Of a DNA stretch of 64,000 bases, positions 48,642 to 57,428 are shown in pieces. The DNA comes from Acidimicrobiaceae bacterium (lineage in GTDB: Bacteria; Actinomycetota; Acidimicrobiia; Acidimicrobiales; RAAP-2). Within the stretch, counting starts at the first letter, position 1. Each line of letters opens with the position of its first letter. The notes beneath the pieces were generated by a model that ran no database searches, was not told where the DNA came from, and saw only the letters and a program-made list of their open reading frames with translations. The translations under genes were made by a program, and so were the position numbers. Location: positions 1,471 to 65,470 of the forward strand of contig CANFJV010000001.1 in assembly GCA_947447225.1 (NCBI GenBank). The letters run 5' to 3'.

Positions 48642-49799
48642 CTACCTCGCGTGCGGCATGCACAGATCGTCGTATTCGGCGATCACAATTGGCGGGGCAC
48701 CCTCGCCACAAGCCGGGCACTTCGGATCACGACGAACCTTGAAGGTCCTGAAAGACTCTTCAAGTGCATCAAAGGCAAGCAAGCGACCCACGAGCGGCTC
48801 ACCGAGGCCCAAGATGAGCTTCAGGGCTTCTAAGGCCTGGATCGATCCAACAATGCCTGGCAACACGCCAAGAACGCCAGCTTCTGCACACGATGGAGCG
48901 AGCTCCGCGGGAGGTGGCTCAGGGATGAGGCAGCGATAGCACGGTCCGTTATAGGGATCAAAAATCGTGACTTGACCCTCAAAACGGAAGATGGATCCGT
49001 GGACGACGGGGATCTTCTTGAGCAGCGCTGCATCATTCACGAGGTAGCGGGTTGGGAAGTTATCCGTGCCGTCGACGATGACGTCGTAGCCATCGATGAT
49101 GTCCAAGATATTGTCCGCACCAAGGCGAGTGTCATACGTCGTCACTTCCAAATCCGGGTTCATGCCAGTGAGTGCAGCCTTGGCTGAATCAACCTTTCGC
49201 ATGCCAACTCGGTCCAAATTGTGGAGAATCTGTCGCTGCAGGTTCGACTCATCCACAACGTCCATGTCAATGATGCCGAGGTGGCCAACGCCGGCTGCGG
49301 CCAGGTACAGCGCAGACGGCGAACCGAGTCCACCAGCACCAAGCATCAAGACCTTGGCGTCAAGCAACTTCTGCTGACCCTTTTCGCCAACTTCTGGCAG
49401 CAGCAAGTGCCGCTGGTAGCGGTTGCGCTGTGCTGGGGTCAACGTACGAGGCGTCGTCCACACAAGGCCGCTGTCTTTCCACTTATTGAAGCCACCAATG
49501 ACCGAAGTGACATCTTTGTAGCCCAAGTCTTGGAGCGTCTTTGCGGCAAACGCTGAGCGCACGCCACCAGCGCAGTACACAATGACCGGAGATTCTTTGT
49601 CCGGGAGCTTGCCTTCGACCTGGAATTCGAGGTGACCTCGAGGAAGGTGAATCGCACCAGGGACCGCGCCTTGCTCATACTCGTCGGGTTCACGAACGTC
49701 CAGGAACGTCGTTGAGCCGACGAGGTCGACAACATCAGCTGGTTCAGCTTCTTTGATCTCAGCTTTTGCGGCGTTTAACAGCTCACGGGGTGTTGACAT
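48642..49799 (-). CDS. ThiF/MoeB-family adenylyltransferase with an N-terminal rhodanese domain
   Basis: Rhodanese active-site loop YCAGGVRS at about residue 76. Then GAGGLGSP (E1 nucleotide loop) and the zinc pairs CYRC and CPAC. Confidence 0.85.
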   Translation of the reverse strand: MSTPRELLNAAKAEIKEAEPADVVDLVGSTTFLDVREPDEYEQGAVPGAIHLPRGHLEFQVEGKLPDKESPVIVYCAGGVRSAFAAKTLQDLGYKDVTSVIGGFNKWKDSGLVWTTPRTLTPAQRNRYQRHLLLPEVGEKGQQKLLDAKVLMLGAGGLGSPSALYLAAAGVGHLGIIDMDVVDESNLQRQILHNLDRVGMRKVDSAKAALTGMNPDLEVTTYDTRLGADNILDIIDGYDVIVDGTDNFPTRYLVNDAALLKKIPVVHGSIFRFEGQVTIFDPYNGPCYRCLIPEPPPAELAPSCAEAGVLGVLPGIVGSIQALEALKLILGLGEPLVGRLLAFDALEESFRTFKVRRDPKCPACGEGAPPIVIAEYDDLCMPHAR

Positions 49800-49873
49800 C
49801 TCGACTCCTCAACTGGATTGCGTAAAACCCTACCAGTTAGGTCAACAATCAAAACCGCGTCTAGAACGTAGGA

Positions 49874-50497
49874 GTGGACTTGCGAAAACTCCTTGCTGCT
49901 CGCCGGATGAATCGGAGTTTTTCTCTGGCGCCAGTTAACCCAAAGACGATGCTTCGCATCTTAGATGACGCACTTCGCAGCCCCACTGCGGGCAACGCTC
50001 AAGGAGTGTCATTTCTGGCACTCAGTGACCCACAAGATCGCGCCACCTACTGGGAGCGATCAACCGATGAGGTCTGGAGAAGCACCAGTGCGCGCTTCGA
50101 CGGGTTTTCTCGCGCACCGTTCATTGTGTTGGCATTGTGCGACCCAGCCGCCTACACGCAGCGCTACGCCGAGTCCGACAAGGCTGCGTCTGGTCTAGGC
50201 GAAGCTCCCGAGGTTTGGCCAGTGCCCTACTGGTTTGGCGATGCAGGTATGGCAACAATGGCCTTGCTACTTGGCGCGGAACACCAAGGCCTCGGGGCCG
50301 CGTTTATTGGAACCTTTCGGAACGAACAAGCCGTACTCGACGCCTTTGACGTTCCACGTGGGGTCAGGTTGTTTGGCACCATTCTCATTGGCCACAGCGA
50401 TGGTGAAGCCCATCGGTCGCGCTCTCTTAACCGACGAGTGCCACGAGGAAGCCGTCTTCACCTCGGCCGATTTGGCCAGCGCGTGGCTACCGAGTGA
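49874..50497 (+). CDS. nitroreductase family protein
   Basis: RRMNRSF...LRSPTAGNAQG N-terminal motif. 207 aa. Confidence 0.75.
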   Translation: MDLRKLLAARRMNRSFSLAPVNPKTMLRILDDALRSPTAGNAQGVSFLALSDPQDRATYWERSTDEVWRSTSARFDGFSRAPFIVLALCDPAAYTQRYAESDKAASGLGEAPEVWPVPYWFGDAGMATMALLLGAEHQGLGAAFIGTFRNEQAVLDAFDVPRGVRLFGTILIGHSDGEAHRSRSLNRRVPRGSRLHLGRFGQRVATE

Positions 50498-51961
50498 TTA
50501 AAGGTCGCGCAAGTAGCGAAGGATCGTGCGGAGACTGAAGGCTGTGCCACCTCGAGTGAGGTAGCCGCTATCGCCCGCTGCATCACTTGGGCCGGCAATG
50601 TCTAAGTGCGCCCACTGCGTGTCGCCAACGAATTCCTTCAAGAACAATGCCGCGGAAATGGAACCCGCTTCGCCGGACTTTCCCGTGTTTTTCATGTCGG
50701 CAATGTCGGAGTCAATGTGACTACGGAACTGTGCGGGAAGTGGCATTGGCCAGTTGGGCTCGCCTTCACGCTCACCGGCCTGAAACAAGGCGTCAGAGAG
50801 TTCCTTGGTCGTGGCAAAAGCTGCAGCAATGTCGCCAAGGGCAACAACTTGGGCGCCCGTCAACGTGGCCACATCAATCATGACCGTTGGCTTCAGTTCA
50901 GTGCCAAGACACAAGGCATCAGCCAGGATCAGGCGACCTTCTGCGTCAGTGTTCAGTACTTCCATGGTCTTGCCGTTGCGCGCAGTCAGCACATCGCTTG
51001 GGCGAATAGCAGTTCCAGAAGGCATGTTTTCTGTCATTGGGGCAAAGGCCGTGACTTTCACCTTGATCCCAAGGGACCCACATGCAGCAACGACGCCAAG
51101 AACAATGGCGGCTCCGGACATGTCGGTCTTCATCCGCATCATGGAACCTGGAGGCTTCAGCGACAAGCCGCCGGAGTCGAAGGTCACACCCTTGCCAACG
51201 AGCACGATGTGCGGGGTCTTGGCAGTGGACTTCGCTGGGGTGTAAGTGGCCTTGACGAGGCGCGGAGGCTCAATAGAGCCTTGAGCGACACCCAACAGGC
51301 CCCCGAGTCGCTCTTTTTGGATGCGAGCCTTTTCCCACACTTCGACCTTGGTCGAGGTGCCGACACCCTTCAACTTCGCTGCGGCCCGCGTTGCCAGCTC
51401 CGTTGGGGACAAGTGGCCCGGAGGTTCATTGATGAGGTCCTTGGCGAACGAGACCGCATCAGCGGTAGCTCTGGCTGCAGCGACGGCCTTATCGAGACCC
51501 GTCTTCGAAGAGCATGCCACGACAATCTTCGCTACTGACTCTGCCTTGTTTGACTTGTGGGTGGTGAACTTATACGTCGCAAGCAACGCACCTGTTGCTG
51601 CAGCTTCTTGGAGATCTGCATTTGCGGCAGGTACCACGATGCCAACGGCTTGCTTCGCACTGGCGCTGCGAACTGCTGCAGCACCAAACTTCCGCCAACC
51701 TTCGCTGTCGCCTGCGCCGATGCCAATGAGCAACAAGGTTGGCCCCGACAGGGATCGAAGAGCAAAGGTTTCACCTGCGCTGGCTGAGAAGTTGACCTTG
51801 GTCGCCCACTTCGCGTCAATACCGCTTGGGATTTCGAGGCCGGCAATGCGAGCAGCCACCTCGGCGGCAAAACCAATGGCGGGTTCGGCCGTCACGGGAA
51901 GTGCCACCACATCGGCGGTGCGGAGTTCGGTCAGTTTTGCTGCGGCAATTGTTACGCCCAT
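50498..51961 (-). CDS. pepA: leucyl aminopeptidase (M17)
   Basis: NTDAEGRLILADAL and VGKGVTFDSGG. Confidence 0.92.
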   Translation of the reverse strand: MGVTIAAAKLTELRTADVVALPVTAEPAIGFAAEVAARIAGLEIPSGIDAKWATKVNFSASAGETFALRSLSGPTLLLIGIGAGDSEGWRKFGAAAVRSASAKQAVGIVVPAANADLQEAAATGALLATYKFTTHKSNKAESVAKIVVACSSKTGLDKAVAAARATADAVSFAKDLINEPPGHLSPTELATRAAAKLKGVGTSTKVEVWEKARIQKERLGGLLGVAQGSIEPPRLVKATYTPAKSTAKTPHIVLVGKGVTFDSGGLSLKPPGSMMRMKTDMSGAAIVLGVVAACGSLGIKVKVTAFAPMTENMPSGTAIRPSDVLTARNGKTMEVLNTDAEGRLILADALCLGTELKPTVMIDVATLTGAQVVALGDIAAAFATTKELSDALFQAGEREGEPNWPMPLPAQFRSHIDSDIADMKNTGKSGEAGSISAALFLKEFVGDTQWAHLDIAGPSDAAGDSGYLTRGGTAFSLRTILRYLRDL

Positions 51962-52024
51962 GGTGGGTTTCCCTTCTTCTTGTTCATCTCAATACTGTTG
52001 CGCAGATTGCCCACAGGTGCTTAC

Positions 52025-52576
52025 TTAGTTCGCCGGGCCAACGCTTCGTGTGCGCAGCTGATGGTCGCCGTCTTGCCAGCGGGCAAGCGTCCATGCGAGA
52101 TCAGACAGCCGGTTGAGATAGGCCCGGACAAAGCTGCCATCTAGGTCAAGAGCGACCGCGTTTCGCTCAGCTCTGCGCACGACCGTCCGCACGACATCGA
52201 GCAGGGCCGACAAGCGATTGCCACCAGGCACCACAAACTCGGTCAACGGTTCGAAGCGTTCCGTATAGGTATCAATGTGGCCTTCAAGGCGGGCAACCAT
52301 TGCTTGTGTTACTCGACTCGTTCCATCAGTGAGCTTCGGCTGATTTTCTTTCTCGGTTGCAACTTCAGCCATGAGAACCCAAAGGTCACGCTCAAGTTCA
52401 ATCAGCAACTGGTCGAGCTCGGATCCTTCCCCGGTCTCTGCCCGGGCAAGGCCCAAGAAGGCCTGAGCTTCATCGACTGCTCCAAGTACTTCAATTGGCG
52501 CATCATCTTTTTGGACTCGGCCACCAAAAAGCAGCCCGGTCGTTCCATCATCGCCTTTGCGGGTGTAAATCGTCAC
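52025..52576 (-). CDS. ATP:cob(I)alamin adenosyltransferase, PduO type
   Basis: MTIYTRKGDDGTTGL N-terminus. 183 aa. Confidence 0.88.
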   Translation of the reverse strand: MTIYTRKGDDGTTGLLFGGRVQKDDAPIEVLGAVDEAQAFLGLARAETGEGSELDQLLIELERDLWVLMAEVATEKENQPKLTDGTSRVTQAMVARLEGHIDTYTERFEPLTEFVVPGGNRLSALLDVVRTVVRRAERNAVALDLDGSFVRAYLNRLSDLAWTLARWQDGDHQLRTRSVGPAN

Positions 52577-52665
52577 GAGCCAACCGTACCGGTAAGCGGA
52601 GATTCATGGAGCGCAATGGTTTTCCCGAAAGGGTGCGAATTTCCATCTCGTAGACTGGAGAAACC

Positions 52666-55600
52666 ATGTCGACCTCACCTTTTCTCGCTCAGCGTCTTGA
52701 CCCAAGTGCTTCGCCGTACTTGCGTGCCATGAAAGAGCGAGTGCTGTTCTTCGACGGCGCACTCGGCACCAACTTGCAGCTGCTCGATTTGAGTGCGGAG
52801 GACTTTGGTGGCGAGCACTTGGCTGGATGCAACGAATACCTCGTTGTCACCCGCCCCGACGTCATTACAAGACTCCATGAACAGTTCTTAAGTGTTGGCT
52901 GCGATGTCATTGAGACCGACACCTTTGGTTCGTTTTCCTTGGTCCTGGCCGAATACGGTCTCGAAGCCGAGGCATCATTAATCACGAGAACCGCCACTGA
53001 TTTGGCCCGTGCAGCGGCAGACAAATTCTCGACTGCCGACAAGCCTCGCTTTGTCGCCGGTTCCATTGGACCGGGAACCAAGTTTCCAACCTTGGGCCAG
53101 ATCTCCTATGTCGACTTGCGAGCAAGTTATGTCGAACAGGCCATTGCGCTACTCGAGGGAGGTTGCGATCTCTTCCTGGTCGAAACAATGTTCGACCTCC
53201 TTGGGGCAAAGGCCGCCATCAACGCCTGCAAAATGGCCATGGCACACGTCGGCAAGCACATCCCCATTCAGGTTCAAGTCACCATTGAACTCTCGGGGCG
53301 GATGTTGCCGGGAACCGAAATTGGTGCAGCGCTGACCTCACTTGAAGCCATGGGTATTGACGTCATTGGGCTCAACTGCGCAACCGGCCCTCAAGAGATG
53401 TTCGAGCCACTTCGCTACTTGGCCGAGCACACGAACTTGCCGATTTCTTGTTTGCCAAACGCTGGTCTGCCTTCAGTCGTTGACGGCAAAATGCACTACG
53501 ACCTAACCCCCGAACAACTCGCCACATTCCACCGCCAATTCATCACCGAAATTGGTGTGAACACCGTCGGCGGCTGCTGTGGAACGACCATTGAGCACTT
53601 GGCCGCAGTGGTTGACACCTGCGCTGGGGCGGTACCAGCGGAGCGGAACGCAACCATTGAGCCATCGCTTGCGTCGATCTATACCGCAGTGCCAATCGAG
53701 CAAGACAGTTCGTTTCTGATCATTGGCGAGCGAACCAATGCAAATGGTTCGAAGAAGTTTCGCGAAGCCATGTTGGACGGCGACTGGGACACGACCATTG
53801 CAATGGCGAAAGAGCAAGTCACCGAAGGCTCACATGTAATTGATGTCTGTGTCGACTACACCGGGGCTGACGGAGTGGCCGACATGGCCGAAATCATGAG
53901 TCGCTTGGCGACGCAATCAACCGTTCCCATCATGGTCGACACGACTGAAGGTCCCGTAGCTGGAACCGCACTTGCCTGGCTTGGTGGCAAGGCAATCCTC
54001 AACTCGGTGAACTTAGAAGAAGGAGCTGACGAGGGAACTCGTCTCGACACCTTCTTGCGACTTGCCCGCGAATTTGGTGCCTCGGTTGTTGCCACCTGTA
54101 TTGATGAAGAAGGTCAAGCGAGAACGGCTGACTGGAAAGTTCGATCTGCCAAGGCCATCTATGACTTGGCCACGCAGGTATATGGCTTGGCGCCAAGTGA
54201 CGTCATGGTGGACGCGCTTGCGCTTCCCTTGTCGACTGGCATGGAAGAGTCCCGCCGCGATGGCATCGAGACCATTGAAGGCATTCGTCGAATCAAAGCT
54301 GAACTACCTGGTGCGTCGACGGTACTTGGCCTTTCCAATGTGAGCTTCGGCCTCAATCCCGCTGCTCGCCAAGTTCTCAACTCGGTGTTCTTGCACGAAT
54401 GCATGGAGGCCGGACTTGATGCCGCCATTGTCCATGCGAGCAAGATCATGCCGCTGGCCAAAATTGATCCAGAAGCACGAGAGACCTGCCTCGATCTCAT
54501 TTACGACCGCCGCACCGCGGACTACGACCCACTGCAAAAACTGCTCCAACTCTTCGAAGGCAAAACCACGGCAAAGGCCGACACCGCCATGGATGCCAAC
54601 CTTCCCATCGAAGAGCGCCTCAAGCGTCGCATCATTGACGGCAATCGCGTCGGCTTGGAAGCGGACTTGGAAGCGGCTATCGACGCGGGCTATCCGCCCT
54701 TGGCAATCGTCAATGACTTGCTGCTCGAAGGCATGAAAGTCGTTGGAGAGCTCTTCGCCAGTGGCGAAATGCAGCTCCCCTTCGTGCTGTCGTCTGCCGA
54801 AACCATGAAGCAAGCAGTTGCCTACTTGGAACCCAAGATGGAAAAAGCGGACCAAGGCGGCAAGGGCACCATTGTGTTGGCAACGGTCAAGGGCGATGTC
54901 CACGACATTGGCAAAAACTTGGTCGACATCATCTTCACCAACAATGGTTATGAGGTCATCAACCTTGGCATCAAGATTGGCATTTCCGAGATGATTGAAG
55001 CAGTCGAGACCCACCAGGCTGATGCACTTGGCATGTCGGGACTCCTCGTCAAGTCAACTCTCATCATGCGCGAGAACTTAGAAGAGCTCAATTCTCGCGG
55101 CCTCAGCCACATCCCTGTGCTGCTTGGTGGCGCGGCACTCACGCGCACCTATGTCGAGCGCGACCTTCGCGAGACCTATCAAGGTCGCGTCTTTTATGGG
55201 CGCGACGCCTTTGAGGGTCTTCGCACCATGGATCGTCTCCAGGAGCTCAAAAAGACGGGGGAAGACGATCCGTTGTTCGGCCGAGAACTGTCGACCAAGA
55301 ACGTCAACCGCCGATTCAGAGAAGAACAAGAAGTCGGAACAGGGCCCACCGAGCGCTCGGCAGTCGTGGCAACAGATAATCCTTTGTTCACTCCCCCATT
55401 TGTGGGCAGTCGAGTAGCCAAGGGGATTGCCCTTGACGACATTGCGACGTATCTCAACGAGACGGCGCTGTTCCGCAACCAGTGGGGTTTTCGTCCCGAA
55501 GAAGGCGAAGATGACCCAGCGTTTAAAACTCGGGTTCGCGCCGTGCTCCGTGAGCAGTTGGCACTCGCCAAACAAGACGACCTGCTCATTCCACAAGTTG

Positions 55601-56169
55601 CCTATGGGCACTTCGCCGCCAACTCCGAGGGTCAAGACCTCATCATCTGGAGCGATGACACCCGGACAAATGAGCTCACGCGGTTCACCTTCCCTCGCCA
55701 AAAGGAAGAGCCAAACCTCTGCATCTCGGACTTCTTCCGTCCACGCGGCGATGACGAGGGGGACTATGCCTCGTTCATGGTGGTCACCATGGGTTCTCGC
55801 GTCTCAGAACGCGCCGCAGAGCTCTTTGCCGAGGATCGCTACCAGGAGTACTTGTTCTTGCACGGGCTTGGGGTCGAAATGGCCGAAGCCTTGGCCGAAT
55901 ACTGGCACCACCGCATACGCCAAGAACTTGGATTTGCTGAAGAAGATGGCCCAACGTTGACCGGCCTGTTCCGCCAGCAATACCGAGGTGGTCGCTATTC
56001 GTGGGGGTATCCGGCTTGTCCGAACTTGAACGACAACGAAAAAGTCGTTCAGTTGTTGGAAGCTGGTCGTATTGGCGTTGAAGTCTCTGAAGGCTTCCAA
56101 CTTCACCCAGAGCAAACAACGGACGCCATTATCTGCCACCACCCTCAGTCCAAATACTTCATCGCCTAA
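52666..56169 (+). CDS. metH: cobalamin-dependent methionine synthase
   Basis: 1167 aa with Hcy-binding, pterin-binding, B12 (GDVHDIGKN = DxHxxG) and AdoMet-activation regions in the canonical order. Confidence 0.96.
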   Translation: MSTSPFLAQRLDPSASPYLRAMKERVLFFDGALGTNLQLLDLSAEDFGGEHLAGCNEYLVVTRPDVITRLHEQFLSVGCDVIETDTFGSFSLVLAEYGLEAEASLITRTATDLARAAADKFSTADKPRFVAGSIGPGTKFPTLGQISYVDLRASYVEQAIALLEGGCDLFLVETMFDLLGAKAAINACKMAMAHVGKHIPIQVQVTIELSGRMLPGTEIGAALTSLEAMGIDVIGLNCATGPQEMFEPLRYLAEHTNLPISCLPNAGLPSVVDGKMHYDLTPEQLATFHRQFITEIGVNTVGGCCGTTIEHLAAVVDTCAGAVPAERNATIEPSLASIYTAVPIEQDSSFLIIGERTNANGSKKFREAMLDGDWDTTIAMAKEQVTEGSHVIDVCVDYTGADGVADMAEIMSRLATQSTVPIMVDTTEGPVAGTALAWLGGKAILNSVNLEEGADEGTRLDTFLRLAREFGASVVATCIDEEGQARTADWKVRSAKAIYDLATQVYGLAPSDVMVDALALPLSTGMEESRRDGIETIEGIRRIKAELPGASTVLGLSNVSFGLNPAARQVLNSVFLHECMEAGLDAAIVHASKIMPLAKIDPEARETCLDLIYDRRTADYDPLQKLLQLFEGKTTAKADTAMDANLPIEERLKRRIIDGNRVGLEADLEAAIDAGYPPLAIVNDLLLEGMKVVGELFASGEMQLPFVLSSAETMKQAVAYLEPKMEKADQGGKGTIVLATVKGDVHDIGKNLVDIIFTNNGYEVINLGIKIGISEMIEAVETHQADALGMSGLLVKSTLIMRENLEELNSRGLSHIPVLLGGAALTRTYVERDLRETYQGRVFYGRDAFEGLRTMDRLQELKKTGEDDPLFGRELSTKNVNRRFREEQEVGTGPTERSAVVATDNPLFTPPFVGSRVAKGIALDDIATYLNETALFRNQWGFRPEEGEDDPAFKTRVRAVLREQLALAKQDDLLIPQVAYGHFAANSEGQDLIIWSDDTRTNELTRFTFPRQKEEPNLCISDFFRPRGDDEGDYASFMVVTMGSRVSERAAELFAEDRYQEYLFLHGLGVEMAEALAEYWHHRIRQELGFAEEDGPTLTGLFRQQYRGGRYSWGYPACPNLNDNEKVVQLLEAGRIGVEVSEGFQLHPEQTTDAIICHHPQSKYFIA

Positions 56170-56240
56170 CCATCAGCGAGTGTGCGGGCCATCGCCCATC
56201 AACACGAAGTGAACGCAACGTTCACGAACTCCGTTGAGCA

Positions 56241-56594
56241 CTACCGGTTCTTGTTGTTCGAAAACAGCGCTCGGCGGTGCGCGGAGACCGTTTTCCCCCC
56301 TGCAGCCAAGCGCCTTCGGCGTTCAACCACTTCGCTTCGCCAGATCGGGTGGTGGTACCACTCATAGGCAATCGTTCCCGAAAGCGGGACGACGACGACG
56401 TGACAATCATCTCGGTCACACTCAAGGTCATCGCAGACAAGATGTGTGCATCGAGCGTGATCATGTGGTGCTTCGATGCACGCGTGCCCGTCTCTCCAGC
56501 GCTTGGTCTGACGACTTCCAAAGAAGAGGTAATACAACTCTTGGCCAACACGACCAACGAAGCCTCGTCGACGTGGAGGCTCTGAGACCTGCAC
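56241..56594 (-). CDS. hypothetical Cys/His-rich protein
   Basis: It fills the gap between the FAH gene and metH. GHACIEAPHDHARCTHLVCDDLECDRDDCH. Its GTG start abuts the upstream stop. No family recognised. Confidence 0.35.
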   Translation of the reverse strand: MQVSEPPRRRGFVGRVGQELYYLFFGSRQTKRWRDGHACIEAPHDHARCTHLVCDDLECDRDDCHVVVVPLSGTIAYEWYHHPIWRSEVVERRRRLAAGGKTVSAHRRALFSNNKNR

Positions 56595-57428
56595 TTACGG
56601 GGCGACGAAGACCGTCGTCAACGTGCCAATACCTTCAATGGTGCTGGTCAACACTTCGCCAGGCTTCAAGTAGCGAGGTGGGTTGAGGGCAGTTCCTGCA
56701 CCAGAAGGCGTTCCGGTGAAGATGACATCACCGCACTTGAGGGCCAAGTGCTTCGTCACGTCGACCAGCAAGGGCACGACGCCACGGATCATCGTTGAGG
56801 TCCGGCTGTCTTGGACAACGTGGCCATCAATGGCGCACGAAAGCTCAAGGTCGTCACGATTTGGCAATTCATCGGGCGTCACGAGCCATGGTCCAAGTGG
56901 GCCAAAGCCTGGGCAGGACTTGCCAAGTGAAAATTGACGACCAGCAGCAAATTGCAGTTCTCGATCAGACAGGTCTTGCCCAACGGTGACTGCGGCAACT
57001 GCGTCCCATGCCTCCTCGGCGGTCAGTTGGAACGCGTCGCGCCCCATGACAAGGACGAGCTCCACTTCCCAGTCAACCGTTGACGTCGGAAGGACCACCT
57101 TTTCATTCGGCCCAGCGAGGCAGGTCGGGAACTTGGCAAACGTGACCGGCTCCGGGGCGAGCTCAATGTGCATCTCTGCCGCGTGGTCGGCGTAGTTGAC
57201 CCCAATAGCGAGTGACTGCTTCGGGGCAGGGACAGGGTTCGTAAGGTCTGCTTCGTTGAAGGGTTTGCCTTGAGGAGCCTCTTGCGTGATGAAAGTAGCA
57301 ATGGCCGAGATGTTGGCAATCGCCTCCATTGGGTCGCTACTAAAGCGCCCACCACTGGCAACTTCCACATCAATGGCAAGGTCGCCAACAAGGACGTGGG
57401 CGCGGTGGTTGAGGGCACAAAGACGCAT
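56595..57428 (-). CDS. fumarylacetoacetate hydrolase (FAH) family protein
   Basis: Typical C-terminal half: WEVELVLVMG, GKS.PGFGPLGPWLVT, GDVIFTGTPSG. Confidence 0.85.
   Translation of the reverse strand: MRLCALNHRAHVLVGDLAIDVEVASGGRFSSDPMEAIANISAIATFITQEAPQGKPFNEADLTNPVPAPKQSLAIGVNYADHAAEMHIELAPEPVTFAKFPTCLAGPNEKVVLPTSTVDWEVELVLVMGRDAFQLTAEEAWDAVAAVTVGQDLSDRELQFAAGRQFSLGKSCPGFGPLGPWLVTPDELPNRDDLELSCAIDGHVVQDSRTSTMIRGVVPLLVDVTKHLALKCGDVIFTGTPSGAGTALNPPRYLKPGEVLTSTIEGIGTLTTVFVAP

Noticed and set aside
48642-50497. ThiF-like enzyme next to a nitroreductase-fold protein as a RiPP (azoline/microcin-type) cluster
   Set aside because: There is no YcaO, precursor-peptide or transporter gene. The ThiF protein has the rhodanese domain and zinc pairs typical of sulfur-carrier activation, and the two genes are divergent.
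50495-50500. Convergent nitroreductase and pepA stop codons abutting with zero spacer
   Set aside because: It is real in the sequence (TGA then TAA on opposite strands), but it is just an extreme case of the general compactness. No further signal is attached to it.
52577-52665. SAH, SAM or cobalamin riboswitch upstream of metH
   Set aside because: The gap is 89 nt and is shared with the divergent adenosyltransferase gene. A GGAGCGC stretch is present, but the complementary AACGGCGCUC-type partner of the SAH element is absent.
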